Below are positions 31,601 to 40,629 of a DNA stretch of 64,000 nucleotides, piece by piece. Position 1 is the first letter of the stretch. Every line of letters begins with the position of its first letter. The stretch is from a virus: IMG/VR virus record IMGVR_UViG_3300042514_001283, positions 3,982 through 67,981 of that record. One strand, given 5' to 3'. Under the pieces are notes generated by a model. It did no database searches and had not been told where the DNA came from. It was given only the letters and a program-made list of their open reading frames with translations. The position numbers and the translations under genes were made by a program.

Positions 31601-32245
31601 AGATGCGATATTACTTGGTAGCGTAATCAAAGATGCACTGGGGATTCCAGTACTTATTGAGCTATATGGTTCTGACCATTGTGCAACAGATACTCCATTA
31701 AAATAAATAGAAGAGTTTTCTTCAGTAGCATCAACATCTGGGTCATATACCACTCTTATAAAAGGGGAAAAGCTTTCTCCAACTACTTGCTCTGTATGAG
31801 AAATTTTTTCCCAGATATTTGCTCTTAGGAATGAGTATCTTGTATATGACTCTTCCCCATCTACAACAAATCCTACGTCTGTATACAAGATAGAAGTTTG
31901 TTCAGGAATGTAAATATAATTAGAAATACATACACTACCCTTGTTGGGATCAAACTCTAAGTAAGATAATGAAGCTGACAGGGACACTGTAAACTCTACT
32001 GTTGCTGCTGAAGCTGTGGCAAGATACACTTTATTTACATCTAGGTCTTCAAAAGGGTATCCAGACAATGTGAATACGGAAGCAGAGCTGATAACGTTAT
32101 CAAAATCCCAACTAGATTCTGTTATTTCTTTTTCTTCTTGTGAAATTAAAGAAACAAAATAATTTGGTTCATCCATAGCCCACAAAGCTACTGGGTGCTC
32201 TGCATAAACTCTTGAAGCATAAAGATTTGAACTTGTGTAGGACAT
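28604..32245 (-). CDS. large virion structural protein (LamG/ConA-like)
   Basis: EHPVALWAMDE N-terminus and TTEFWLRI...LMINGEKV LamG-like strands. Confidence 0.6.
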   Translation of the reverse strand: MSYTSSNLYASRVYAEHPVALWAMDEPNYFVSLISQEEKEITESSWDFDNVISSASVFTLSGYPFEDLDVNKVYLATASAATVEFTVSLSASLSYLEFDPNKGSVCISNYIYIPEQTSILYTDVGFVVDGEESYTRYSFLRANIWEKISHTEQVVGESFSPFIRVVYDPDVDATEENSSIYFNGVSVAQWSEPYSSISTGIPSASLITLPSNIASLIDYPESIKCTILDPYGLNDISDNGYVTCLNNSLSAKLSSIPMVYGSSGNIKINKDAIFLTELVDGSSLDPLIIDGGSSSAAYLEYIDGGGALQFLYLTEDQYYNFPSLIFPGKGFLNQYGYNKTLTTEFWLRINPETTTRKRIFGPLASEDGIYVDRDFITVNVGKYTKSYFIGKWYRPMLVNFCQSPNEIFLMINGEKVISIPIESLQISTFPAEDEDYLGFFTNESIYLFEIDSFSIFPYVVAEQVAKKRYVFAQGVQEQENIVASKNGDLSYVDFPFSGYSSTIKYPDRSKWNDGFYNNIVASDKGISLPEYQLPEVIFNNNSASTVFQKSSITSGFYEENYAIQNEEHPYISMDPNNLYAANNSYGTIYFSKLNQAGSQTRSIHSILKSSNNVSTRQSLIYISNNFDGNIFEVAINSGSLQYIYNETILNSQAIGASSYFAVGIDFDKIEQTYYSTVGSFFSRPESLSLNFAGNQEEIFLGKIFSLTMNNDFFTDKDGSQIFNLSGIAIKEFDTDLYDYIGSYTLLPKTTNTSIILDVGVSGYWENSIPLSYFGKYITKADGTLKYDLDLLQFNIDAPSSIFSKYNETSSNYQDSLSTKVYVTLQNIVELGNVVYTQFTNVENIGMNRILDLGEITSSENTKYKIDNGTIIYPPKDVSGFTNYYITIHIEISSKGVNTENVNIKNMGLVSLSFDEGQFYSINTPATGKFYPIVKNEDQYVYKRNIPVVIDTDSSPYLYLAGDSGIEVLPDVDENLVKGIAIPINQTLKSNQEVVGLQMFLMYDESNLFTERRKIGKIFSSDDSYDIILTPEDDGKRAFLNIFNSSTGAQFTNTRFFLNGNAVNNIVIEPLVWNYIGVSFEKEPGAEHYPIYLNSAIGEIEVYSGVKIDNVASFMELDPINQNLVIFDEWGVVDDAIFPSTTPVTWNDWATSGTWLEILNQQSLEVSLLSLDAKELFNTYSGLSSGIVSDSSVLSVSNDSVIIINDVAWDQYLV

Positions 32246-32276
32246 AGATTACCTCTAGTCTATTTTATCACAGAGA

Positions 32277-34217
32277 CTACCTTGTAATATCTACAATTTC
32301 ACAGGCTCCAGCTACACAAGATAGCTCTTGACTTCCAGTTGTTCCATCAGTTGTCTCATACAAAGAAAGCATGTCCCAGCGAATTGAATCAGGCATTTTG
32401 CTAACCCATGACTCGTATTCTTCTTTAGAAATTTCCTGATAAGGGGCTTGCTTGTAAGAGTGCTCTACCGCTGGTAAGAAGGATACTCCACCAATTGAAT
32501 CAAAGTTATCAAAGACCCAGGCTCCAACACGCATCCATTCATCTTCTTCAACATTTACAGTTACACTTGGATTGTGCTCTGTCCAGTGAGTTCTGTATGT
32601 CTTCCACATTTCAAGGTGATCAATTGCAGTGAGATCTTTTGTAAGAACTGCATTCTTTGGAGCCTTAATTGGGAAGTAAAATACAGTTGTTGCTTCAGGC
32701 TTCATAACATCTGGTTCAAATGGAATTCCAGAATCTTTTAAGAATTGTGTTAAAGGATCTTTGTTGTCTGCTCTAACACTTCTTACATAGTATTCTGAAT
32801 ACCACGGGTGGATACCAGAAGATACTCCTGTAAGCTGTGAGACAGTTCCTGAAGGCTTTACACAGGTAATTGATACTGAAGGGTTAATGTTTAAAGACTT
32901 AGCCTCTTTATCATTTACTGAAACAGATAGATCTCTCATTTCATCAAGAAGGGACTCAAGAGCCTTTCCATTTGTAGCAGTAATTTTATTTCCATAAATT
33001 CCTGTTAAAGATACTCCAAGAAGTCTTTCTTCTTCACAATTATCTTTCCAAGTCTTTCTAATATATTTAAAGTTTGTCAAAGTTGATTGCCATGTACCAA
33101 GAATAGTAGCAAGACGAACTTTTTCAAGAAGAGTTTCTTTTGTATCAGTTGCATCAATTACAACCTCTGTTAGATTACAAAATTCATTTGGACGAAGAAG
33201 AATTTCTCCACAAGGATTTGTTCCACCAACTAGACTTGAGTCTCTACGACCAAACTTGTCAATATGCTTACGAACAGAATCCATATTGTAGATACCACGC
33301 TCGCCAGACTTTGACTCATAAAGGTTTCTCCATTCACGAAGGAACTGTGCAGTATTTGGCTTTGAATTATAAACAGCAGAGTTATTTGCTAAAGCTCTTT
33401 GTCCATTTCCTTCCCACCATTGTCCACTTTTTGCCTTTGCCATCTCAAAGTCATCAAGATTGGAGAGTGAAATCAAAGCACTTCTGCGAACTCCACCAAC
33501 CACAACAACTTCTCCAACCTTACACATTAGGTCGTGTGCTTCAATTGACTTTAGCTTTCTTCCTGCAGCAAGTCTAAATGTTTCAATAGTAAATTTAAAC
33601 AAGTCAACAAGTGGGTCTGGTCCAGAAGCTCTTCCACCAAATACCTTTAGTCTTGCTCCTGATGGACGAACCTTAGAAACATCCCAATTTGGAATCTGAC
33701 CTTGATAAAGAAGTGCAATTAGTTCTTTAAAGGCTTTTGCCCATCCAAGCTTAGAATCGTCAACAACAATAGTTGTATCTGTTTGAAAAAATGACTCAGC
33801 AATTACTGGAAGCTGGTTTATATATTTTTGCTCAACACTAAATCCAACACCAGTTCCATTCATTAAGATATACATTGCCTCATCAAAGGCTCTAGGGCTA
33901 TCTACAGAGATAAAGGAGCAATTGTAGGCTGCTATGTGGTCTCTTTCTAAAGCTGGTCCAGCGGTCATCAGTGCCCTCATAGAAGGCATTATGTGATGAT
34001 TTAAAATTGCTTCTCTAACTTCATTAAAAACTTTTGCATTTGGGCTATATCCATGATTAAGAACAAGATGATCTCTCATAAAGTTACAATATCTGTCAAC
34101 AGTCTCCTGCCACGTTTCTCTACGGTTTTCGCTTTCAATCCAGCGAGCGTACCTTGAGATATGAATAAAGTTGCGGTATGGATCTGCTATGGATCCGTTG
34201 GAGTCAATAAATGACAT
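32277..34217 (-). CDS. nrdJ: class II (adenosylcobalamin-dependent) ribonucleotide reductase
   Basis: YNCS, GTGVGFS, GGVRRSA, TNPCGEI, CVKPSGTVS and C-terminal CVAGAC; no beta subunit nearby; likely start MSFIDS at 34217. Confidence 0.93.
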   Translation of the reverse strand: MSFIDSNGSIADPYRNFIHISRYARWIESENRRETWQETVDRYCNFMRDHLVLNHGYSPNAKVFNEVREAILNHHIMPSMRALMTAGPALERDHIAAYNCSFISVDSPRAFDEAMYILMNGTGVGFSVEQKYINQLPVIAESFFQTDTTIVVDDSKLGWAKAFKELIALLYQGQIPNWDVSKVRPSGARLKVFGGRASGPDPLVDLFKFTIETFRLAAGRKLKSIEAHDLMCKVGEVVVVGGVRRSALISLSNLDDFEMAKAKSGQWWEGNGQRALANNSAVYNSKPNTAQFLREWRNLYESKSGERGIYNMDSVRKHIDKFGRRDSSLVGGTNPCGEILLRPNEFCNLTEVVIDATDTKETLLEKVRLATILGTWQSTLTNFKYIRKTWKDNCEEERLLGVSLTGIYGNKITATNGKALESLLDEMRDLSVSVNDKEAKSLNINPSVSITCVKPSGTVSQLTGVSSGIHPWYSEYYVRSVRADNKDPLTQFLKDSGIPFEPDVMKPEATTVFYFPIKAPKNAVLTKDLTAIDHLEMWKTYRTHWTEHNPSVTVNVEEDEWMRVGAWVFDNFDSIGGVSFLPAVEHSYKQAPYQEISKEEYESWVSKMPDSIRWDMLSLYETTDGTTGSQELSCVAGACEIVDITR

Positions 34218-34283
34218 TTTGTAACACGTCCTTCTGATAAAATGTAATAGATACATTCTACACGAATATTCAAGGAGAAGCAA

Positions 34284-34505
34284 ATGGATTTAACAATTCA
34301 AGAGGTTAATTACTATAACGATCTTGTAAAAAATAATAAGGCATTAAAAATAGAATGTCAATTTGATGCTGGTGATACTGTTGTTTCTAAAGTAGACAGT
34401 AGTGACAAAGTATTTTTCTATTGTCTTGGATGCCAAACATCTTTTTATCCAGGAATTAATTTGATAGAAAGAATTAAAGGATATATTTCTCTATCTATTT
34501 CTTAA
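34284..34505 (+). CDS. small Zn-ribbon-like protein divergent from nrdJ
   Basis: AAGGAG RBS; C...YCLGC motif. Confidence 0.6.
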   Translation: MDLTIQEVNYYNDLVKNNKALKIECQFDAGDTVVSKVDSSDKVFFYCLGCQTSFYPGINLIERIKGYISLSIS

Positions 34506-35025
34506 ATAATATTTTATAGTTGTTTGTTGACTCTTGAATATATTTTCTATTGGTAAAACCTTTATCCCCTGGTTTTTTAATCTTGTCTTTTACTGAAAAT
34601 GTATTAAAGACAGTTCCTGGGGAAAAGTAAGAAACAATTCCTTGACCAATTACTAATGCATAGACTTCTTCATCTATTTCTTTTGAATCATTTGTTAGAT
34701 TAATACCAAGCGTTGGGCACTTAAAATTCATTTCATACTCCTCTCTTGGCATAGATCTTTTTGCAACTTGCATAGTTTTAACTTCAGCCTTTGAACATTG
34801 ATAGTAAATTCTATCTGCAAGCTCTTCCATATTTTTATCATTATTATACAAGTAAGCATTGAATAGTTCTTCTGCTGGATATTCTGGAATAAAAAGACTA
34901 ATGCATATGTCAGCATTTTGTTCGTGGACTGCTAAGTTATGGGGAGTACTTTGTCTAATATATTTCTTTAAAAAAGTTTTAACTGGTTCTGAGTATTCAT
35001 CACTTTTTATATATATTTTAGCCAT
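34495..35025 (-). CDS. hypothetical protein, possibly a degenerate amidase_3 fold
   Basis: Likely start MAKIYIK at 35025; KIYI and ADICISL pattern without Zn-binding His. Confidence 0.4.
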   Translation of the reverse strand: MAKIYIKSDEYSEPVKTFLKKYIRQSTPHNLAVHEQNADICISLFIPEYPAEELFNAYLYNNDKNMEELADRIYYQCSKAEVKTMQVAKRSMPREEYEMNFKCPTLGINLTNDSKEIDEEVYALVIGQGIVSYFSPGTVFNTFSVKDKIKKPGDKGFTNRKYIQESTNNYKILFKK

Positions 35026-35032
35026 ACATATA

Positions 35033-36127
35033 TTATAACGCAAGAATTTTTTTACAAACTTCGTCCCAATCATGCCCTCTTTGTTTCATTGAAAACTTTT
35101 CAGATATGATTTCAAAGTTTTTAGTTCTTTCTTCAAGTCTAACTTTTGGATCTAATAATTCTTCCATATGACCAATCCATTCATCAGGAGTGTTTGCAAT
35201 TCTTCCAACTCCAGAGTCTGCAAAAAGTTGATATTCTGGAAGTCCTCCAGATGCAATGAAAGGAATTCCTGCTGCTGCATTTTCTAAACCTTTTAGGTAT
35301 GACTTTGCATGATTGAATTCAACATTTCTTAATGGAACAATTCCAACATCCATTCTTCTATATAATTCTGGAACATTTAACATTGTCTTCATTGGCTCAA
35401 ATGAGCAAATCTTTTTATCAATTCCAATTTGACTAGCTGCTGATGGAGCATTAATAACATTTCCTGCATGATGAAATTTTAAATGTTTCTTTTTTAAAAA
35501 TTCTCCAAAGAATGGTTTTAATGTTTCTAGGTCTCCAGATCTCCAGGGAGTAGCACCAACCCAGCCAAACGTTGGAAGACGACCAGCATGGTCTTTTCTT
35601 TTTATTCCCCATCGTTCAATATCAATGCCATTTCTTACTATAAATATTGGCTTGTCTGGATATTTTTTTTGATAGTAATCTTTTAAAAATGGGGTGGAAG
35701 TTATTAAAGCATCTGCCTGTTCAATAATTGCAACATAGTGATCTCTATTATTATCTGGATTTGAATCTGGATGAGTTGTCTTGTATGCAAGATTTGTTTC
35801 TTCAAGACCTTCCATATGATCATCAATATCAACAACAATTTTTTGACCAAGCTCTCTTGCTTTTGCAACATGATCAACAAACCTTTTAAGCATAATTAGT
35901 TTTAAAACAATTATGTCCCATCCGTGGATAGCTCTTTCATCTGGGATTAAAATACCAAAAGCATGTTCTTCGCTAAATCCTGGCATTCCAATTCCACTTT
36001 CCCAGCCATGCTCCTTCAATTGCTTCATTGGAAGGTATGCTCTATACCAACCACATCCATTTGGCTGCAATGGCTTTATACCAAAAGACCAGTCATAGGT
36101 TAGAAAAGCAATTGTCGGAGTTGGCAT
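35033..36127 (-). CDS. glycosyltransferase (GT-B, GT4-like)
   Basis: VVDIDD; DVGIVPL...FNHAKSYLKGLENAAAGIPFIAS. Confidence 0.88.
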   Translation of the reverse strand: MPTPTIAFLTYDWSFGIKPLQPNGCGWYRAYLPMKQLKEHGWESGIGMPGFSEEHAFGILIPDERAIHGWDIIVLKLIMLKRFVDHVAKARELGQKIVVDIDDHMEGLEETNLAYKTTHPDSNPDNNRDHYVAIIEQADALITSTPFLKDYYQKKYPDKPIFIVRNGIDIERWGIKRKDHAGRLPTFGWVGATPWRSGDLETLKPFFGEFLKKKHLKFHHAGNVINAPSAASQIGIDKKICSFEPMKTMLNVPELYRRMDVGIVPLRNVEFNHAKSYLKGLENAAAGIPFIASGGLPEYQLFADSGVGRIANTPDEWIGHMEELLDPKVRLEERTKNFEIISEKFSMKQRGHDWDEVCKKILAL

Positions 36128-36135
36128 AGGTTTTG

Positions 36136-36414
36136 TTACTTACTCTGTGTCTTTTTTGTAGCAGCTTTTTTTACTGCCTTAACAACTTCTGTAGCAACTT
36201 CTTCTGAAGTTAAATTACCAGAAATTTTTCCAAATGCAATATCATTCTTATTAAAGAATCGGATAGCAACTGGAGCAAATGCAGCAACTAATGCGTAGAC
36301 ATATGTGTATACATCTGTATTACCTGCCATGTACAGTGCAAGTGCTGCACCTAAAAATGAGCGACCATAAGATTGCACCATTTCTTTTTGTGATTTTGTT
36401 AACTTGAGTACCAT
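36136..36414 (-). CDS. holin-like membrane protein
   Basis: SYGRSFLGAALA; two hydrophobic segments; basic C-terminus. Confidence 0.65.
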   Translation of the reverse strand: MVLKLTKSQKEMVQSYGRSFLGAALALYMAGNTDVYTYVYALVAAFAPVAIRFFNKNDIAFGKISGNLTSEEVATEVVKAVKKAATKKTQSK

Positions 36415-36445
36415 TTTATTTCTCCTGTCTATAGTACTTAATAAA

Positions 36446-36474
36446 ATTATATACTAAAAGCATAAAATTGTCAA
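36446..36474 (-). promoter_or_regulatory. consensus sigma70/SigA promoter
   Basis: Exact TTGACA-N17-TATAAT upstream of the holin-like gene. Confidence 0.85.
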
Positions 36475-36478
36475 TACT

Positions 36479-37318
36479 TTAAATTCCATACTTCCATTCA
36501 GATCCATCCCAAATTCTTGCTTGAGCATTTACCCAAGATGTTCCATTCCAGACTTTAGGTAAGGCTACAACCCAAGCAGAACCATTCCATACTTTACAAA
36601 TTCCACCCATTGTTTTAGCGGTTAAAGATGCAGCAGAACCCTCACCAGCTGAGTTGGCAGCAGTTACTGTATAGGAATAGTCTGTATATGGGGATAGACC
36701 TGTGTGTGTGTAGGAAGTTCCTGCAGTATTTTGAAGCACTGTTGCACCATTACGAAGGACATAGCTGGTTACGGAAGATCCACCATTGCTAGATGGTGCT
36801 GCCCAAGATAAACCAATCTGTCCAAATGTTGAAGTATTTGCAGCAAAAGACTGAGGTGCAGATGGTGCATATATTGGAGGTGGAGGTGGTTCGACATAGG
36901 GAGGTGGTTCGACATAGGGAGGTGGTGGTGCAGCTGGTCTAGTTGGAGTAGTGCTAGAAACTGAAACAGTTGGACTTCCACCATTATACAATCCAGAAAC
37001 CGTTGCACCAAATGTTATAGTTGCTGGATTAGAACCATAGGTGTGAACATAGTATCTAGTAGATCTCTGAGTTGAAGAACCACTACTTCCAGTATTTGTG
37101 TAAGATGTTGCTGCTAGTGAACTCATAGCAGTAGAGGTATAGAGATTTGTATAACTAATTGATTGAGCATCATTATAGTTATAAGTATTTTGTGTCCAAA
37201 CTTTTACTGTAGCAGTTGTACTACTTGAATTATGGTCAACAGCTGACCAAGATATGTCCAAACCAACACGCATACCATTGCTGTTGTTGTTTGTATAGGA
37301 TCCCCAAACAATTGCCAT
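36479..37318 (-). CDS. virion protein with Pro-rich linker and fibronectin type III domain
   Basis: PPPPYVEPPPYVEPPPPP linker; LSWAAPSSNGGS...YTVTAANSAGEG FN3; KVWNG repeats. Confidence 0.85.
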   Translation of the reverse strand: MAIVWGSYTNNNSNGMRVGLDISWSAVDHNSSSTTATVKVWTQNTYNYNDAQSISYTNLYTSTAMSSLAATSYTNTGSSGSSTQRSTRYYVHTYGSNPATITFGATVSGLYNGGSPTVSVSSTTPTRPAAPPPPYVEPPPYVEPPPPPIYAPSAPQSFAANTSTFGQIGLSWAAPSSNGGSSVTSYVLRNGATVLQNTAGTSYTHTGLSPYTDYSYTVTAANSAGEGSAASLTAKTMGGICKVWNGSAWVVALPKVWNGTSWVNAQARIWDGSEWKYGI

Positions 37319-37326
37319 ATTAGCTC

Positions 37327-37824
37327 CTAGAAATCAAACCAAATGTCGCCAACATTTATTGCTGTAGGCTGTGCTGCTTGAACAAAAATATTTCTATTTA
37401 CGGTTGAACCTTCATAAGTAAGAGTTGGTTTTAATCCAAGTGCGGCTTCTGTTGCAAAGTTATTATCTGATAGTGCAGCATTAAACTGTGCGGTAGTACC
37501 ACTTAAAACATTATCAGTTAAATTAACTGTTTTATTAGTCAATGTTTGAGTATTTGTTGTACCAACAATAGCACCAGTTGCACCATGTACAGTACTAGAC
37601 CCCTCATGACCAGAAAGTCCTGTTGTTGCTGAAGTAATTCTGGTATCAAAATTTACAAGATTTTTATGAAGACTTACATCCCCTTCTGTATTTCCAATAT
37701 CTGAATTTCCATAATAAAATAATTCGAATGCATTTTGAATATCTGCATTGTCTGTTAAATCTGGAACATATGTGTCAAATGTATTATTAGTAAAATCTTT
37801 AGTAACACTGATTCTTGTTGCCAT
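37327..37824 (-). CDS. short fibre-like virion protein
   Basis: TQTLTNKT fibre motif; GDIWFD C-terminus. Confidence 0.65.
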   Translation of the reverse strand: MATRISVTKDFTNNTFDTYVPDLTDNADIQNAFELFYYGNSDIGNTEGDVSLHKNLVNFDTRITSATTGLSGHEGSSTVHGATGAIVGTTNTQTLTNKTVNLTDNVLSGTTAQFNAALSDNNFATEAALGLKPTLTYEGSTVNRNIFVQAAQPTAINVGDIWFDF

Positions 37825-37828
37825 TTTA

Positions 37829-38422
37829 TTATCCTACCCCTGCAGTTATGTAAAAATTTATAGGTACTGCAGATGATGAAATTAAAGACACAGATCCTGA
37901 AGATAATTGTGCACCCTTTAATTCTGCAATAAAAGTTTTAACAGCAGGACTTCCAACATTTACAATACTTTTATTAGAAATAGATACAAATGCTGGATTG
38001 TTTAATTCTGATGTTGCTTGAACAAGGATTGTTTCTGGATCTAAGTTTTCTGGTGCAGTAGAATAAAAATCTGCCAAAGGTATTGAAATAGATCCAGTAC
38101 CAGATGTGAAATTAACTATTTTTTGAATGCTATGAGATATTGGTTGAAAATTTAATATAGACTGCCAAATAGTTCCGCCAGGAGTCGCATTTAATTTATA
38201 AACAACCCCATAATTTCCACCAAGGAGTCTATTTATATAAAGGTCATTTACTTTTGCATCTACAAGACTTGCTACATTTGCTGCTTCTGTAGGAAGACCA
38301 ATACCAGAATAGAACTGGGATCCTCGTTCTCCTTGTGGACCAATATCAACACTTACAGATACTGAGGCAGGTGGTCCAACTACAACTAATTCATCATTAG
38401 ATATAATAGTATCTATTGCCAT
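37829..38422 (-). CDS. virion structural protein
   Basis: GPQGERGS...NDLYIN motif, shared with 53504..53950. Confidence 0.6.
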   Translation of the reverse strand: MAIDTIISNDELVVVGPPASVSVSVDIGPQGERGSQFYSGIGLPTEAANVASLVDAKVNDLYINRLLGGNYGVVYKLNATPGGTIWQSILNFQPISHSIQKIVNFTSGTGSISIPLADFYSTAPENLDPETILVQATSELNNPAFVSISNKSIVNVGSPAVKTFIAELKGAQLSSGSVSLISSSAVPINFYITAGVG

Positions 38423-38423
38423 G

Positions 38424-38810
38424 CTAAGTTACCGCCACATCTTGTGTAACACTTATTGTTCCAGTTAAAAGAGTAAATACTTTTCCGAAAGAGGATGAAG
38501 ATGCACTTGTATTTATAATTTGAAGATCATAAAGATATGATGGGGCTGTTAGTTTTCTACCTCCAGCTGGTTTGATGGTACAGGAAACATGATCTCCATC
38601 TAAAACGGTTGCTGAAGCGTCTGTTGAAGCAGTAACAGAGTTTATAGCAGCTGCAGATGCCGATAAACCTCTAGATGTAGCAACTAAGAAAAGTGCAGAA
38701 TAACTAGAAAGATCGTCAAATACTCCACCAGTAGAATTTTTTGGGTATACAAAAAACTCAAAAGTGTCACCAGCATAGTAGTTAAAGTTATAAGTTCCTG
38801 GAAATGCCAT
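38424..38810 (-). CDS. BppU-like adaptor/structural protein
   Basis: GDTF...YLYDLQI...LLTGTISV; paralogous to 53950..54303. Confidence 0.6.
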   Translation of the reverse strand: MAFPGTYNFNYYAGDTFEFFVYPKNSTGGVFDDLSSYSALFLVATSRGLSASAAAINSVTASTDASATVLDGDHVSCTIKPAGGRKLTAPSYLYDLQIINTSASSSSFGKVFTLLTGTISVTQDVAVT

Positions 38811-38873
38811 AGTTAATCACCTTCAATTATTATACCATGTTTAGCAGCAATTTCATTATAGCCAATATGGTAA

Positions 38874-39587
38874 TTATTCAAATTCTGACAAAATTGTAGT
38901 TCTTTGATGGTTAATAATGTCAAACTTTTTATCCCCTAGAAATCCACGAGAATAAGTTCCTTTAACATTGTCCTTATTTCCAGAAGATTGCATATCTCTT
39001 AAATCATTGTATTCCTTGTAGTCTTTCAGTAATTCTTCATTATCTTTTATGTTTGATACAACAGTGTCAAAAGATTCAATAAATCCTCTTTCTACTGGAA
39101 AGAATGTAAAAAGCGGTTGATCTTTTTTAATTGATAATTTTCCAGGAGCTGTGAACTTAAAGTTAAAAGTAAATGTAAATGGAAGCCAATCAGTTTCAAC
39201 AACAGCATCAAATGGCTGTAAATTTTTTGATATCTGATTTGGAACGCCACGGACATATGTTGAAAATCCAGGTGGGGTCTTTATAATAAAATCTGGAACT
39301 ATTGAAAGTATCCCATGACCAAATTCTGACGATACAAGTTTCCTATCATAATTTGGAGCAAGATCTACACGAATACTATCTTTACTATTATTTCCATCCC
39401 ATTCTGCTGAAAAATCAATTGGAGACAAAACCATCCATCCATAAGTATTTGCAACATTTAATGGAATGCATCTATAGGCATTGTCATCAGTTTTATCCAT
39501 CCAAACTCTATTTTTTTTAAGAGGAACTACCTTAAACATTAGATCATCATAAAGTTTTATAATCTCTATTGACTTACTCATTACCAA
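38874..39587 (-). CDS. DUF6065-like protein
   Basis: AYRCIPLNVANTYGW, FGHGIL, TPPG and VETDWLPFTFTFN motifs. Confidence 0.75.
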   Translation of the reverse strand: MVMSKSIEIIKLYDDLMFKVVPLKKNRVWMDKTDDNAYRCIPLNVANTYGWMVLSPIDFSAEWDGNNSKDSIRVDLAPNYDRKLVSSEFGHGILSIVPDFIIKTPPGFSTYVRGVPNQISKNLQPFDAVVETDWLPFTFTFNFKFTAPGKLSIKKDQPLFTFFPVERGFIESFDTVVSNIKDNEELLKDYKEYNDLRDMQSSGNKDNVKGTYSRGFLGDKKFDIINHQRTTILSEFE

Positions 39588-40317
39588 TCCTTTTTGTTAT
39601 CTCTAATCTTTTTTCCGCAAGATCTTTTTGATCTTTTGATATATCTACTCCAATACTATTTCTTCCAAGCATGTAGGCTGTTACTGGAATTATTGCACTT
39701 CCACTAAAAACATCTAAAACTATTTCTCCTTTTTTAGAGAACATCTCTATTAATCTTTCTGGCAGTTCTTTTGGAGTAGTGTCATTTATATTCCACTTAT
39801 GTTTATTTTTTAATTCTAAATCCACTTCAGAATTTTGATTATTTTCTTCTAGCTCCCATATAGGATTATTATATTTTTTAACTTTAAATGGATTAAAATA
39901 AAATCCTTGTTCAATTTTTGTAAACTGGAACCATATCCAAAAGTCTTGATCCATTCCTTCAACATTTTTATAAAGCTCTTTAGCATCTTTATTTCTATGA
40001 ATTATAGTTGAAGAATGGTGTAGATTGGTTTTTCCTAATACTTCAACCAAATACTTGTATGGCATTGCATCTAAAGGACCTATGTTTATCCAAATACTTC
40101 CGTCTTTCTTTAAAACCCGTTCCATTTCTTTTGTTGCTTTGACCAGAAGTTTTAAAAATTTATTATGATTATAATTTATTTGCTTATTTGACAAATCTCC
40201 ATATCGTTCTGAATCTACCCCTGGATATGGTGGATGAGTTATAATTAAATCAATAGATGAATTTTTAATAAAAGAAATATTTGTTGCATCACCTTCTATA
40301 AATTCTATGGTTGGCAA
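39574..40317 (-). CDS. beta-class N4/N6 DNA methyltransferase-like protein with atypical motifs
   Basis: IDLIITHPPY, RVLKKDGS and VLDVFSGSA; TTG start. Confidence 0.8.
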   Translation of the reverse strand: MPTIEFIEGDATNISFIKNSSIDLIITHPPYPGVDSERYGDLSNKQINYNHNKFLKLLVKATKEMERVLKKDGSIWINIGPLDAMPYKYLVEVLGKTNLHHSSTIIHRNKDAKELYKNVEGMDQDFWIWFQFTKIEQGFYFNPFKVKKYNNPIWELEENNQNSEVDLELKNKHKWNINDTTPKELPERLIEMFSKKGEIVLDVFSGSAIIPVTAYMLGRNSIGVDISKDQKDLAEKRLEITKRIGNE

Positions 40318-40629
40318 CTATATCTCCTCTTTATAGGCTATTGGATTGTCTTCAAGTTGTACTTTGCCCCATTTTTGCAAAGGGCACTCTGCATGTGGTA
40401 ATTTTGTTTTTAGTTCCATAATACATCCGCACTTTTTACATTGCTTTGTTGCTTTAATTAATTCTGGGCATCCAAGACAAATAGACATTCTTTCTTCTTG
40501 AATCTTAGAAGAAACCTTTTCAATATTTTTATTAAAAATGTCCCAAGGTCTAGCTTTTTTCCCATCACCAACTGTATCACTTTGTGGTATAGGAAATACT
40601 AAATCTGGAACTTTTGGTAACTCTGACAT
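40318..40629 (-). CDS. DUF6171-like Cys-cluster protein
   Basis: RMSICLGC...CKKCGC...CPLQKW. Confidence 0.7.
   Translation of the reverse strand: MSELPKVPDLVFPIPQSDTVGDGKKARPWDIFNKNIEKVSSKIQEERMSICLGCPELIKATKQCKKCGCIMELKTKLPHAECPLQKWGKVQLEDNPIAYKEEI

Noticed and set aside
1582-34217. Inteins or introns in helicase, portal, capsid or RNR
   Set aside because: Lengths are ordinary and no splicing or homing-endonuclease motifs are visible
34218-34283. NrdR box or cobalamin riboswitch upstream of nrdJ
   Set aside because: The gap is only about 65 bp and no convincing motif was seen
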